A stretch of 24,000 nt of DNA, from NCBI GenBank assembly GCA_965200445.1, contig OZ241341.1, positions 412,126-436,125 of the forward strand. The letters are read 5' to 3'. The DNA comes from Mycoplasmatales bacterium (GTDB taxonomy: Bacteria; Bacillota_I; Bacilli_A; Mycoplasmatales; Mycoplasmataceae). The position numbers and the translations under genes are program-made. The notes beneath the pieces are model-generated. The model did no database searches. It had not been told where the DNA came from and was given only the letters and a program-made list of their open reading frames with translations. Positions 1-9,982 of this stretch are shown here, in pieces. Numbering within the stretch: position 1 is the stretch's first letter; each line of letters starts with the position of its first letter.

Positions 1-731
1 TCAAACGTATTTTTTCTAATTTAGGATATTCGATTGTAACAGGGCCGGAATTAGAGCTGGTTGCTTATAATTTTGACAAGCTTAATATTGATGAAAATCA
101 TCCAGCTCGAATTAATAACGACACTTTTTATCTAGACAAAGATACGTTACTACGAACCCATTGCACTAATGTTACTGTCAGACTTATTGAGAGTATGACT
201 GCTGATCAGCAATACTTAGCTTGCGTAAGCCTGGGCAACGTTTATCGCCGTGATGATGATGATGCTACTCACTCTTTTCAATTCCAACAAGCTGATAGTG
301 TTTTGGTGGGTCCTAATATTACTTTTGCACATTTAAAGTGGATGCTACGCCACATATGTGAAGAACTATTTGGTAAGAATGTTAAAACACTGCTGCGGCC
401 AAGTTATTTTCCTTTCACTGAACCCTCAGTTGAAATAGATATTGCTTGTCCGTATTGTAATCAAAAAGGATGTAGCATTTGTAAACAAAACGGCTATATT
501 GAAATTTTGGGCGCTGGTATGGTGCACCCTAATGTGTTTAAAGCATGTCATAAACCCAGCACACTTCAAGGTTTTGCCATTGGTATCGGTATAGAAAGAA
601 TTGCGATGATTCAAAATAATATTAAAGATATTCGTGATTTTTACCGTAACGATATTCGTTTTTTGAAGCAATTTCGTAATTTAACAACAAAAGGAAAATT
701 CTATGATAATCACACGCAATCAGATAGCTAA
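1..731 (+). CDS. pheS: phenylalanine--tRNA ligase alpha subunit (5' end outside window)
   Basis: Frame 3 is open from the window edge. The translation KRIFSNLGYSIVTGPELELVAYNFDKLNIDENHPAR...LRPSYFPFTEPSVEID...GAGMVHPNV...RNDIRFLKQF carries the class II PheRS alpha core motifs. Stop is TAA at 729-731. Confidence 0.9.
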   Translation, partial: KRIFSNLGYSIVTGPELELVAYNFDKLNIDENHPARINNDTFYLDKDTLLRTHCTNVTVRLIESMTADQQYLACVSLGNVYRRDDDDATHSFQFQQADSVLVGPNITFAHLKWMLRHICEELFGKNVKTLLRPSYFPFTEPSVEIDIACPYCNQKGCSICKQNGYIEILGAGMVHPNVFKACHKPSTLQGFAIGIGIERIAMIQNNIKDIRDFYRNDIRFLKQFRNLTTKGKFYDNHTQSDS

Positions 732-3090
732 ATATCTTAGGATTGAGAATATTTCTGATAAAGAACTTTGTTTTGTTTTCAATTCTATCGGTCTGGAAAT
801 TATTGGTTTTCGCACGGTTAGTAATGTAGGGTTAGAATGAGCTTATGTTGAAAATTTAGAACCTATTGCAGGTACTGAGCATCTTTCATGGGTCTCTCTA
901 AGACTACTCAATAAAAAAAATGTTCACGTGGTGTGTGGTGCCGATAATGTTAAAGCTGGTCATTTAGTGTTGTATGCTCCTGTAGGATCCACTATTGCTA
1001 GTGGGTTAACATTGCAGTCTAAAATGATTAAAGACCATCTATCAGCAGGAATGATTTGTTCCCTTGCAGAACTAGGGGTAACTGCTGATTCGTTGTTACC
1101 ATCTGAACAAGATGGAATCTTTACATTAGCAGCTGATAATCCCTGATGTCCTTGAACCAAAGCAGGAGCACAAGCAATCTTAGCTAGTTTCCAAGATACT
1201 GTTTTTGAACTGGAACTCCCACTTAACCGAAGTGATTGCTTAAGCTTAATTCAAATTGTGCAAGAGTTAAGCCGTTATTTAAATATACCAGCGGAAATTT
1301 CACCTATAGAAAATAATTTTAAAGCTTCATCCTTCTCACCAGCTGCTTTCGTGGAAATACCATCCAGTGTGAAAAATGATGTTGTCGGTTTGACCGCAGT
1401 TAATATTGTCATAGATCATACAATGTATTTATTTGCTGACTGGGTCGGAATGCGTTTTTGTGATATAGCTTTACCATTGTCCAATCCTTGGGTGCTAATC
1501 GAACAACTACTAATGTTAGAGACTGGCTATCCGGTAATGATTTTACCTGCTGCGAATACAAAAAAGGCGCCAGCATGGTCTGTGAAGAAAATCATAGCAG
1601 CCCAAAACACCAAAAATTATCTTTATCAAATTAATGATTTGGCAAGTCAAAAAACATATATTTTAGGGCAATCAACTCCCTTGCCACTATCATCTGATAA
1701 AAAGGCTTTGCTAGTCATTGTTTTAGTCAAACCCTCCTTAATGCGTATTCAACAAAAATTAACTAACCAATATAGTGGATTATTTGTGACACGTGCTATT
1801 AAACCAGTGTCACCTGGTTTTGCCTTTCAGTCCATATGATATTTTATGGAGCAATACTCGCAGTTTAAACCCAAAATCATGCAAGTTCAGCATTATTTAA
1901 AGGATACTAGTGGGGCGCCACAAATTCCGCTAAGCACCCAGCAAATTAATGATTTTTTAGGAACCACATGAAGTACAGATTTGATATGTGAGCAGCTACG
2001 TAAATTGAACTTTAAAGTCATGATAAAAAAACCAGATGATCTTTTCATGATAACACCGCCTTTGTATCGTCAAGATATAACTATGAAAGCAGATGTGTGT
2101 GAAGAACTAGTGCGTGCTATTAAGCTGGTTAATTTACCAACGAGCAACTATTATGATATTGCTCATCTGCTAAAACAGCAGCAACATGATGATCAATTAG
2201 CCATGCAGTTAAACAGTATCAAACATTTATTTACTAATAGCGGCTTTTATCAAATTGAAAATTATAATTTAGTTGCTTCTAATGAAAATCAATTTTTCAA
2301 TTTTTTCAACGCTCATAATCAGCATGTTGTTAATAATCCGCTAACTAAAAAACGTTCTGAAATGCGCACAACTCTTATTCCCGCATTATTACAGACAGCC
2401 CAATACAATAACCACCGTAAAATATCAAATACAAAATTATTTGCAATCAATATTTTGCACAATAGTACTAATCAAACAGAGTTTAACCAACATGTCGCAT
2501 TTGGTGTGCAGGATTTTGTCTGGCAAAATAGTTTGCATCAGAATATACCGGGCTCTTATTATTTTGTAAAAGGGTTTTTGGCTCAAATTCTGGATATCAT
2601 GGCTGCTAATATTGAGGATATCAAGTTTGAGATGTTGGCTCACACAGGAACAATTATCCATCCTTACCAGTCAGTAAAACTTTTTTACCAGAAGCAACTA
2701 ATTGGAGTCATAGTAAGGTTACACCCTGCGCTGCAGAAGAATATGAAAATGCAAACTTGGTATGGGGCAGAAATTAATTTATCATTGATAGCTAAACTAG
2801 CAAAAATAAAAAATCAATTTATATCGCAAAGTTGATCAAAATTTTCACCAATAAGAAGAGATTTAAATATTTATGATGATCTAACTTTTGATTTTGTGGC
2901 CTTCAAAAAACAAGTGCTTAAGACCTCACCATTGTGTTGTGAAGTTACTTTACATGATCTTTACAGAGAAAATAATGAATCACAAACACAAAAATTAACC
3001 GTACGACTAGATTTTAATAGCAGTAAACACCAGTTAACGGAATCGGATGTAGATAAGGAATTTGCTAAAATTAAAGCGCTGGTAGCTTAA
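703..3090 (+). CDS. pheT: phenylalanine--tRNA ligase beta subunit
   Basis: ATG 703 gives MIITRNQIAKYL..., a typical PheT N-terminus, and overlaps the pheS 3' end by 29 nt. Frame 1 is continuous to TAA 3088-3090 if six in-frame TGA are read as Trp (838, 1144, 1153, 1837, 1969, 2833). This joins five fragments of the ORF track into about 795 aa. It sits directly after pheS. Confidence 0.88.
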
Positions 3091-3137
3091 TATACATCGA
3101 TATAAAACTACGCTTATACTGTATAAAAGTTTAAAAA

Positions 3138-3146
3138 TGATACAAT
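3138..3146 (+). promoter_or_regulatory. candidate extended -10 element (TGATACAAT) upstream of rpmF-fba
   Basis: A TGnTACAAT match lies in the AT-rich pheT-rpmF spacer, about 127 nt upstream of the rpmF ATG. No clear -35 is present. Sequence match only. Confidence 0.25.
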
Positions 3147-3241
3147 AACATTGGTTTTTAAATATTTTTTCTCTTACTATTAAATATGAGTGCTATTATT
3201 ATCTAGCCTTAAAAAGTTTATAGAAATAAAATAATAATTAA

Positions 3242-3258
3242 TGTGATCATGGATCACA
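3242..3258 (+). promoter_or_regulatory. perfect 7-3-7 inverted repeat TGTGATC-ATG-GATCACA just upstream of the rpmF RBS
   Basis: The palindrome is read directly from the sequence. It lies 14 nt before the rpmF start (3273), between AT-rich -10-like sequence and the GAAAGG Shine-Dalgarno. It could be an operator or a 5'-UTR hairpin. Confidence 0.3.
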
Positions 3259-3272
3259 ATGAAAGGTAGTTT

Positions 3273-3452
3273 ATGGCAGTACCAGCTAGAAAAACAAGTA
3301 AATCTAAGCGCAACAAACGACGCAGTAATATGGCTTTACCTAAAACAAATCCTAACCATTGTAAAAATTGCGGCGCAACAGTTTTGCCTCACCGCGTGTG
3401 TAAAGACTGCGGTTTTTATGGCGGAAAAGAAGTGATTAAAATAAAGAGCTAG
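3273..3452 (+). CDS. rpmF: 50S ribosomal protein L32 (zinc-ribbon form)
   Basis: 59 aa: MAVPARKTSKSKRNKRRSNMALPKTNPNHCKNCGATVLPHRVCKDCGFYGGKEV... The canonical L32 N-terminus and the CxxC...CxxC pairs are present. GAAAGG lies 7 nt upstream. The gene was too short to appear in the ORF track. Confidence 0.9.
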   Translation: MAVPARKTSKSKRNKRRSNMALPKTNPNHCKNCGATVLPHRVCKDCGFYGGKEVIKIKS

Positions 3453-3454
3453 GA

Positions 3455-4312
3455 ATGAAGACTGATTTAAATCACGAGCTAAGTCTTGCTCAAATGAATG
3501 GGTATGCTGTACCTGCTTTTAATTTTGATAATTTAATTATGCTAAAGGCGATTATAGCTGCAGCGGAAGCTGCTCAGTCACCAGTGATTTTAATGGTGAG
3601 TGAAAAATCGATTCATTATTTAGGCAAGGAGTACGCGCTTAATATTGCTAAAACGGCCCGTCAATTAGCCACTGTGCCAGTTGTTGTGCACTTGGATCAT
3701 GCTACTGACTTAGCATTAGCCCAATATTTTATTGAAAATGGGGCTGATTCTATTATGCTGGATTACTCCAATAAACCCTTAGCTGATAATATTGCAGGGA
3801 CACAAAAAATTACTAAAATAGCTCATGCTTATAATGTAATGGTAGAAGGTGAAATCGGCCATGTTGGTGGTAAAGAAGGGGAACTTGAATCGCAAAAAAG
3901 TAATTTTACTTCTCCCCAGGAGGCTAAAGTTTTTGTTGATGAGACCAAAGTAGATGCACTAGCCATTGCTGTTGGTTCATCCCATGGCTTTTATAAAGGG
4001 AAAATCGAACTACAATATGCTTTGATTGAAAAAATCAGGAATAGTGTTTCGACACCTCTAGTTTTACACGGTAGTTCAGGTATTCCTGACAAGGATTTGA
4101 TTGCTGCTATTAAAGGTGGTATCACCAAAATCAACATTGGTACAGAAATTAAAACTGTTAATGCTAAAGCTTTGAGAGCTTGATTCAAGGATAATCCAAC
4201 AGGTTATGATTCGCGCAAATTTGGTGCTTGTGCGATGGAAGCTATGAAAAAAGTGGTTTTAGAAAAAATAAAGATCTGCGGTTCTTTTAATCGCTTTGCT
4301 GCTCAAACTTAA
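3455..4312 (+). CDS. fba: class II fructose-1,6-bisphosphate (ketose-bisphosphate) aldolase
   Basis: 285 aa after reading TGA 4181-4183 as Trp. Motifs are VVVHLDHA, VEGEIGHVGGKE and LVLHGSSG(I), matching the class II aldolase metal and phosphate sites. The gene starts 2 nt after the rpmF stop. Confidence 0.85.
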
Positions 4313-4376
4313 ATCAAATAACTACTGAGGGTTTTTGTATTAGTTAACCCACGAGCTATTGCTTTTACAAATTTAT

Positions 4377-4400
4377 TTGACGTGAATTAATATATATAAT
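4377..4400 (+). promoter_or_regulatory. candidate promoter for fumC-malic enzyme (TTGACG ... TATAAT)
   Basis: TTGACG lies at 4377-4382 and TATAAT at 4395-4400 in the fba-fumC spacer. The 12-nt spacing is too short for a canonical -35/-10 pair, so only the -10 is credible. Confidence 0.25.
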
Positions 4401-4450
4401 TATGAATGTATTGTATATTCTTAATTTAGCTATTATTGCAGAAAATTCTG

Positions 4451-5815
4451 ATGATGGAACACTATTGAAGTAAAGAAACAGAATTAGCACTCAAACATTT
4501 TCGAATTAAACCACATTTAAAATGACCAATAGATGTTATCCGTGCACTAATTCTTATAAAAGCGGCAGCAGCTAAAACCCACCAACTACATCACAAAATT
4601 CCCAGTGACATTGCTCAAGTTATCTACGAATCATCTAAGTTTATTTATGCTAATGAAGACTTTATAAAAAAGCAGTTTATGCTGCCCATTTGGCAATCAG
4701 GTTCTGGGACTCAAATGCATATGAATGTTAATGAAGTGATTGCTAATTATTCCAATCACACTATGCATAAAAAAGCTTGGATTGATCCTCATGATCATGT
4801 TAATTACGGACAATCAACCAATGATGTGATGATTACAGCTATTCATATTACCATTTTATGAAAAATCCCTGACTTAATAAAAGCTCTTGAAAATTTACAA
4901 CTTACTTTTCTGAAACTGACAAAAAAATATGGGTCGATTATTAAGGTTGGTCGCACCCACTGACAAGATGCGGTGCCGCTGTCTTATAAGCAAGAATGGT
5001 CAGGTTATCTTGCTGTTATTGATAATTTAATTAAAGATTTAAAATATAGCCAAAAAAATTTAGGTTATATTCCGATAGGTGGGACAGCAGTTGGTACAGG
5101 AATTAATTCTTATCCTCAATTCAGCACAACAGTCTGCAAAATACTAAGTGATGAAACAGGCCTTGTTTTATCACCAGCTGCTAATTTTTATAGCAAAATT
5201 AGTGTGCACATGGATATCGCCTTTACTAGTGGTATATTAAATAATGTTGCGCAATTTGCCCAAAAATTAAGTCATGATTTTTCAATCCTGTCATCAGGTC
5301 CAGATTGTGGTATTAATGAAATTTTATTTTATCCTAATGAGCCAGGTTCATCGATTATGGCTGGTAAATCTAATCCGACACAGTGCGAAATGTTAAGTAT
5401 GGCGGCTTTGGACGTGATGGGTCAAAATTTTATTATCAGCGCAGCCAACGCTAATAGTGTTTTGCAATTAAACACATACCGTCCGCTGATGGCTTACCAT
5501 ATTATTAATATGTTTGATTTATTAACAAGTGCTCTGAGTAGTTGAAATGATCATTTTTTAACTAAAATTAAAATTAATATCCAGCAAAACCAGAAATGAC
5601 AATCCCATTCTAAAATGATCACTACAAAGCTAGTGCCTGTGTTGGGTTATGATAAAGTTGCCGAATTAATCAAGTATGCTCAGCAAAAGCAGCTTGCGAT
5701 TAAAGAGGCTATTTTAAAATTAGATTTATTAACACCTTCTGAAATGGAGCTTTTACTAGATCCTGCTGCTATGATCAGCGTAGTAGATAATGAATGGTCC
5801 CAACATAACAAATAA
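4451..5815 (+). CDS. fumC: class II fumarate hydratase (fumarase C family)
   Basis: Frame 2 is continuous from ATG 4451 to TAA 5813-5815 with several TGA read as Trp (about 454 aa). Family signatures are SGSGTQMHMNVNEV, HVNYGQSTNDV, GRTHW(TGA)QDAVP, GGTAVGTG and GSSIMAGKSNPTQCE. The TQCE tail is of fumarase type rather than aspartase type. Confidence 0.85.
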
Positions 5816-7020
5816 TGGCACGCAACTATAAATTTAAAAACATTAATAAAACAGTGTTGAATTGATATGCTCAGCACCCTGTTAAACAAAAAGTGATTAG
5901 CAAAATTAACATTTACGAAGATGGGATTGTAGATATTATTTCACCACCAGGTGTAGGAGAAGCTGCCAAGCAAATTGCTATGCATCCTAGGGAGCTGATG
6001 AATTTAACCGGTGTTTCTAATAGTGTGGCTATTATTACTAACGGAACGGCAGTATTAGGGTTAGGGGACGTAGGTTCTAAAGCAGCCTTTCCTATTATGG
6101 AGTTCAAAAGCATTTTATATAGTGAAATGGCGGACATTAATTCACTTCCGCTTTGCATTAATGAAAAAAATCCTGAAAAATTAGTAAACATCATTGTGAA
6201 ATTAGCTGATAATTTTGGCGCAATCCATCTCGAGGATATTAAATCCCCAGATTGTTTTTATGTGGAAACAGAGCTAAAAAAGCGTTTAAAAATCCCTGTT
6301 TTTCATGATGACCGTCACGGCACTGCTGTTGTAATAGCTGCAGCATTTATTAATGCTGCCCGCCTGGATCGTAAAAAAATGTCAGACTTAACAGTGTGCT
6401 TATCTGGATTGGGGGCAGCAGGTTTAACTACAGCTTATCTGTTGAAAAAAATAGGGGTTAACAAAATATATGGTTTTGATAAATTTGGTGTTTTAACAAC
6501 CAAAAATCTAAGGCAATGCAATGCTATTCAAAGCAAAGCTTTTCAGGAAAAAATTATTAATGATCCTCATGAGGACTACCCCGACATTAATACATTGCAT
6601 GATTTAATGCAACACACTAATGTTTTCTTGGGTCTATCAGCTGCCAATATTTTATCAACTGATCATATTAGGGCTATGCCAAAAAACTCGTGAGTGTTTG
6701 CTTTAGCTAATCCAACTCCCGAAATTGATTTAAATGTAGCTAAAGCTTGCGGTGCCCATATTGTTGCTGCAGGTTCTAGCGTCTTTGAAAATCAAATTAA
6801 TAATGGGGCAGCATACCCAGGGATTATTAAAGCAGCATTAACACTTGGTTTTTCAGACATTACTGAAAATATTAAAATCGCTGCAGCTTATGGTTTAGCT
6901 TATAGTATTGCAGAGCAAGATTTAAAAGTTGATCATATTATGCCTGATATATTAAATAAGCATAATGTTTCTAGTGTGGTCAAGGCAATTGAAAATTATC
7001 TGGCTCAAAAAAGGGGATAG
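5815..7020 (+). CDS. NAD(P)-dependent malic enzyme, short bacterial form
   Basis: ATG 5815 overlaps the fumC stop (TAATG). It restores 26 N-terminal residues (MARNYKFKNINKTVLNW(TGA)YAQHPVKQK) ahead of the GTG 5893 used by the ORF track. TGA 6691-6693 read as Trp joins the two fragments into about 401 aa. Motifs are TNGTAVLGLGDVG, GAIHLEDI, PVFHDDRHGTA, a GLGAAG Rossmann loop and ALANPTPEI. Confidence 0.85.
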
Positions 7021-7248
7021 CAAAACCAACAGTCAAGTTTTTGATGAATAAGATTGTTGTATAAAATCATCCTCAGGATAGTATTTTGATGTTACCTAAA
7101 GCATCTTGCGTTTTGGTGAGATTCTTTTATTTATATCTAAGAATAGCATTATAAATGCTTATTTAAGGTTTATTTTTAGTATTTTTATAAAACCACTAAT
7201 TAAAGTAATATTTTTTACTTTAATTTTTATTTTTGTATTTTTAATATT

Positions 7249-7275
7249 AAAGTGGTATGATGTGGGAAGCAAGGG
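7249..7275 (+). promoter_or_regulatory. MraZ operator-like direct repeats (AAAGTGG-tat-GATGTGG-gaa-GCAAGGG, 10-bp period)
   Basis: Three heptads at 10-bp spacing lie immediately upstream of mraZ. The first matches the published Mollicutes MraZ box AAAGTG[T/G] exactly; the second and third are progressively degenerate. A TAATAT -10-like hexamer at 7242-7247 abuts the array, and the third repeat overlaps the mraZ RBS (AAGGGGGG). Confidence 0.5.
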
Positions 7276-7281
7276 GGGCTC

Positions 7282-7713
7282 ATGCTATTTTTAGGAACCT
7301 ACCAACACACATTAGATAATAAAAATCGTTTAATTATTCCATCAAAATTTCGCAGTGTTTTAAGGGATTCTTTGTGCTATGTGTCAAAGGGATTTGATAA
7401 TTGCTTGGAAATTAGAGGTGCCGATAATTTTTATAAATGAGCACAAAAATTATCTGAAATTCCTGAAGCTAAAAATAAAGCACGTGCCTTAAAGCGTAAA
7501 ATTATGGCTCTATCAGAAGATGTTAAGTGTGACTCAGTTGGGCGAATTAAAATTTCGAACCGACTACTAGAGCATGTTGGTATTACTAAAGATGTTGTGA
7601 TTATCGGTAACAATAGTAAATTTGAGTTATGAAGTCCTGATGTTTGAGAAAAATACAAAGCAGATAATATTGATATTGAAGATATTGCAGATACATATAG
7701 CGAATGAATTTAA
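7282..7713 (+). CDS. mraZ: transcriptional regulator MraZ
   Basis: 143 aa: MLFLGTYQHTLDNKNRLIIPSKFR...CDSVGRIKISNRLLEH... The duplicated DxxxR/SpoVT-AbrB-like halves are present. Four in-frame TGA are read as Trp. This is the first gene of the division cluster. Confidence 0.9.
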
Positions 7714-8675
7714 TTAACTTTAAGCCAATGGTAATTTCTAACTTACACAAGCCAGTTCTTCTCAATGAGGTAATTGACAATTTGCATATTAAACCTCATG
7801 GCATATATGTAGATGCTACACTAGGGCGGGGCGGTCATACGCAGGCGATTTTGTCGCGGCTAAATAATGCTGGACATTTATATGCGTTTGACTGTGATGC
7901 TGATGCGATTGCTTATTTTCAACATCAGATAACGAAACTACAAATTAAAAATTGCACATTAATACAAGAAAATTTTGCCTCTTTAAGATATCAGTTGCAC
8001 TTACGCGATATTAGTGAAGTCGATGGCATTATTTTTGATTTAGGAGTTTCTAGTCCTCAATTGGACAATCCACATCGTGGCTTTAGCTATAATAAAACAG
8101 CTAAATTAGACATGCGAATGAATCAGTCTTTAACCAAAGATGCTTTTAGTGTTGTGAATGAAGCTACTTTGCAAGAATTACAGTATATTTTGCAAAAATT
8201 TGGGGAAATGCCATTTGCTAAAACAATTGCTAATGCCATTAAAAATAGGCGTGAGGTTAAACCTATTGTCACAACTACTGATTTAAGCAATATTGTGCGG
8301 GGGTGTTTGCCAAGTAAATTCTTACGTAGCTTTAAACACCCTGCTAAGCAAGTATTTCAAGCCTTACGCATTTATGTGAATGATGAACTTGATAACTTGC
8401 AAAAAGGACTGCGAGCAGCTACCAAGATGCTTAAATCAGGAGGCTATCTGCTGGTCATATCATTTCATTCACTAGAGGATCGCATAGTAAAGCAGTATTT
8501 TCGTGAAATCAGCACTGATCCTCAGGCTAATATGTACAGCAAGCTGCCTTACCAATCGGGGTGAAAACCACAATTTGAATTAGTAAATCATAAAGTTATT
8601 AGAGCTTCTGAGCAAGAGCAAGGCATTAATCGTCGTAGTCAATCTGCTCGGTTGCGGATCATAAAGAAGGTATAG
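7704..8675 (+). CDS. rsmH: 16S rRNA (cytosine1402-N4)-methyltransferase
   Basis: HKPVLLNEVIDNL...GIYVDATLGRGGHTQAIL...FDLGVSSPQLD...ISFHSLEDRIVK are RsmH/MraW signatures. TGA 8562-8564 read as Trp extends the ORF to TAG 8673-8675 (323 aa). The gene overlaps mraZ by 10 nt. Confidence 0.9.
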
Positions 8676-8684
8676 GGGTTTAGT

Positions 8685-9944
8685 ATGGGGATGCAAGCGT
8701 TTTTAAATTTTGGGCAATCAGTTACCGAATTTGTTGTTTTAGGAAAAATAGCAGATAATTACTCGGTTATTTATACTAAATCATCAAAAATGGCGCTGGC
8801 GAACCTGGACTTTACACAAAATGATCATGTACCACTGTTTCGCAAAATAGAGAAATGGTTATCAGCTTTTAAGAAGCAATTTAAAGGGACAAGGTTATTA
8901 ACGGTTACTGCGGTTGTTGATAACAAATACATTCATCGTATTAGTGGTCAACAAAATATTACAGTGAATAAATCATTAAAAAATAAATATGACTTGCATA
9001 AAATATGAAGCAAAATCGCTAAAAACGACTCTAATGATCAATCTGCTGTGGTTAATGTCACACCTATTAGTTTCGAACTTAATGGTCAGAAATTGCTTAG
9101 TTTACCTATGCATACATATTTAGGCTCTGTAATTTTTAAATACGTAGAATGTCGTCTTCAGAATGTCTTATTCAGAAGCATTTTCAGCTTGTGTGATTTT
9201 CTTAACTTAGAGCTTTTAGCTATTTTGCCCGAATACCTTGCTAAGCAATCCTATTTAAACAGCCAATTTGGATTTATTGAGGGTGGTAACTATATTAATG
9301 TGAACTGAGAATCTGATGAAACTTTTGTCCATGTCACCAGAAATTATAATTGTCAAAATTATTTTACAATTCCGCAAGGATTAAATCATTTAATTAGCAC
9401 CATTGCGAATGCCACCGATGTTGATAGTAAAGTTGTGCACAAAATCTTACGTAAGTCTTCTTGTCAATATGATATGACAACGATGCTCCCTAGCATCAAT
9501 CAGCATAGTTATACTGGCAAGCAAATTGATTTTGCCTCATGCGAAAAAGTATGGGAAGCCTTTAACCGCTATTTTTATAATTGCTTGCAAGCAATTGAAA
9601 CGAAATTATCTACGATTATTAATAACAGTGAAGCAGTAGTTTTATATACTGGTATTATTACGCAAATCCCCAATATTGATCATTTACTCCAACAGCAAAG
9701 TGCTTATAAAGCGTATGCTAAAAACCATTTATCCAAACTAGGTCGGCAAAAGTATGCTTCCTTTGTTTACTGGGGCGCTGCCTGCTACCAAGCTCAAATG
9801 AACCAAGCCCTAGCAGCCAAAACTAATAAAAAAGGCCTCAAATTCTATAAGCAAATCCCTAATCCCAAATGAAGCCCTAGAGCCTCTCTGCGGACCGAGC
9901 ATAAGCAGCTCACACTACAACCACATTTAATAATACGAAAATAA
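8685..9944 (+). CDS. divergent FtsA-like (actin-fold) cell-division protein
   Basis: Three ORF-track fragments plus a tail join in frame 3 via TGA at 9006, 9306 and 9870 (419 aa). The gene lies between rsmH and ftsZ. It shows weak but collinear resemblance to FtsA blocks: QAFLNFGQS vs DIGS(S/T), VNVTPISFELNGQ, LELLAILPEYLA, GFIEGGNYINV vs DIGGGTT, IPQGLNHLISTIA, VVLYTGIITQIPNI. The phosphate-binding residues are mostly substituted. Confidence 0.55.
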
Positions 9945-9982
9945 TATAATAGAGTTATATTTACATATATAGAAGGACAAAA

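Noticed and set aside
7145-7159. Hairpin AGCATT-ata-AATGCT downstream of the malic enzyme gene as a terminator.
   Set aside because: It has a 6-bp stem with a 3-nt loop and only a broken T-run (TATTTA). It is too weak to assert, although it may contribute to termination before the mraZ promoter.
7106-7294. 62-aa hydrophobic ORF (MRFGEILLFISKNS...) in the malic enzyme-mraZ spacer.
   Set aside because: It is a low-complexity F/I/L-rich translation of AT-rich intergenic DNA. It uses a TTG start with no RBS, runs through the MraZ boxes and overlaps the mraZ start. It is most likely spurious.
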